Positions 6,757 to 7,871 of a stretch of 7,871 nt of DNA are shown here, piece after piece. Origin of the DNA: Octopus sinensis. Lineage: Eukaryota. The notes under the pieces are model-generated. The model did no database searches. It saw only the letters and a program-made list of their open reading frames with translations, and had not been told where the DNA came from. The translations under genes and the position numbers were made by a program. Within the stretch, counting starts at the first letter, position 1. The number at the start of each line of letters is the position of its first letter. Location of the stretch: NCBI RefSeq assembly GCF_006345805.1, contig NW_021828737.1, forward strand, positions 1 to 7,871, in the 5' to 3' direction.

Positions 6757-7012
6757 GAGTGAGATAGCAGTTCATGCCATCAAGTAGACACGTGTTAAAT
6801 ATACGAAGCCCAATATACCCTCATACTACCCTTCTGTAAGGGTACCCAGGCACATGCATCACAACCATAGGTGCGCGAATGGTGATCTCATATCAAGATA
6901 ACAGCACATGACCTTGCAGTTGGGGCCCAGTTAGAATTTTCTTCAGGTTGAGTAACCCATCCTGCTCAAAAGGTCCCTGAATAAGGGTTGTTTAAGGATG
7001 TTAAAGAACCAC
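6757..7012 (-). mobile_element. Unclassified interspersed repeat, possibly the 3' part of a minus-strand retroposon with an (AAT)n tail
   Basis: A higher-GC segment bounded on both sides by ATT tracts. It resembles a recurrent Octopus repeat from memory. Strand is inferred only from the abutting (AAT)n tract. Confidence 0.5.
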
Positions 7013-7070
7013 TATTATTATTATTTTATTATTATTAATTATTATTATTAAATTTTATTATATTATTATT
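7013..7070. repeat. Degenerate (ATT)n microsatellite
   Basis: Direct inspection. Confidence 0.9.
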
Positions 7071-7276
7071 AGCTCGCTGGGTAAAATGCTTAGCAGTATT
7101 TCGACCATCTTTACATTCTGAATTCAAATTCCGCCGTGGTTGATTTTGCCTTCCATCCTTCCAGAGTCGATAAAATAATAACCAGTTAAGCACATGGGAC
7201 GATACAATCGACGAAGCCCCCCCCCCTCCACCGAGCTTCTGGCCTTATTCCAAAATTCGAAACCAATATTATTATT
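7069..7276 (+). mobile_element. SINE family B, 5'-truncated
   Basis: AAAATGCTTAGCAGTATTTCG...GAATTCAAATTCCGCCGTGGTTGATTTTGCCTTCCATCC...GAGTCGATAAAATAATACCAG...GGCCTTATTCC, with a short ATT tail. Confidence 0.85.
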
Positions 7277-7771
7277 CCCGTAGTCGTTCTCATCCTTTTC
7301 CACCATCTTCTCCATCTTATTACCCTCGTCTTTCTCCTCAACCTATTTGCCCTTTAATCATCTTGCTTCTTTCATTTCTTCTTCGTATTGGAAATCTTGT
7401 TGAGTATTATTAGATGTGACAACGAATTGATAAAAATTTACGTGAATAAATAAACAAACTCAGAGCCGCCACCTGCACGATAAAAAAAAGTTAAGTGTAG
7501 TGCGAGCATATTTAATACAGCTGAGCATTAAAAATCGAATTAGAAATACTTATTTGGTGAGTAAAAAAAGAAAGCAATAGTGATTGCACAGCTATATGTC
7601 AACATCTCGGCAATTAACCTTGTTTTTATTGTTTTCTCCCTGCTCCTCTTAAACTCCTCTTCCTCCTCCTCCTCCTCCCTTTCTCTACTTGCCTACGTAT
7701 ATACATACTTATATAACCTATCTGCCCCCGCCTACTTCCCTTGCATCTATCGATTTACATCTAAGTTTACT

Positions 7772-7871
7772 TGTGTGTGTGCGCGCGCACACACACACAC
7801 GCACACATAGACTCCAAAGCACACCATACTACAAACATCTGTACACACATACATAAATACAGGTACACACT
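7772..7871. repeat. (TG)5(CG)3(CA)n and degenerate CA repeats
   Basis: Direct inspection; the tract runs to the window end. Confidence 0.9.

Noticed and set aside
3238-7810. Remaining 60-185 aa ORFs overlapping SINEs and AT/ATT/TG/CCT repeats
   Set aside because: They are low-complexity or SINE-derived translations with no recognisable domain and no consistent exon structure.

Overview
Non-coding, AT-rich, repeat-saturated animal DNA. The SINE families match, from memory and not from a search, those of octopod cephalopods (Octopus), so the taxon is an inference. I find no intact host protein-coding gene, rRNA, true tRNA or CRISPR array. Nearly all long ORFs in the track are artefacts of stop-free microsatellites. 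The window holds: microsatellites including a ~157-bp higher-order (TACA)n array; at least three tRNA-derived SINE families, some truncated, inverted, chimeric or in tandem; two mariner fossils; a hAT-type MITE nested in a SINE with a target-site duplication; and two adjacent RTE-type retroposon pieces. The best lead is at 326-869. A hairpin-rich non-coding element and the 3' stub of an RTE-like LINE (zinc-knuckle VCLSRAGLISHQRS, not in the ORF track) end in the same 3' stem-loop motif (22/29 nt identical, no gaps), and both run into ATGT. This suggests a LINE and non-autonomous partner pair that may seed or target (TATG)n tracts. I found no evidence for a novel protein-coding system.
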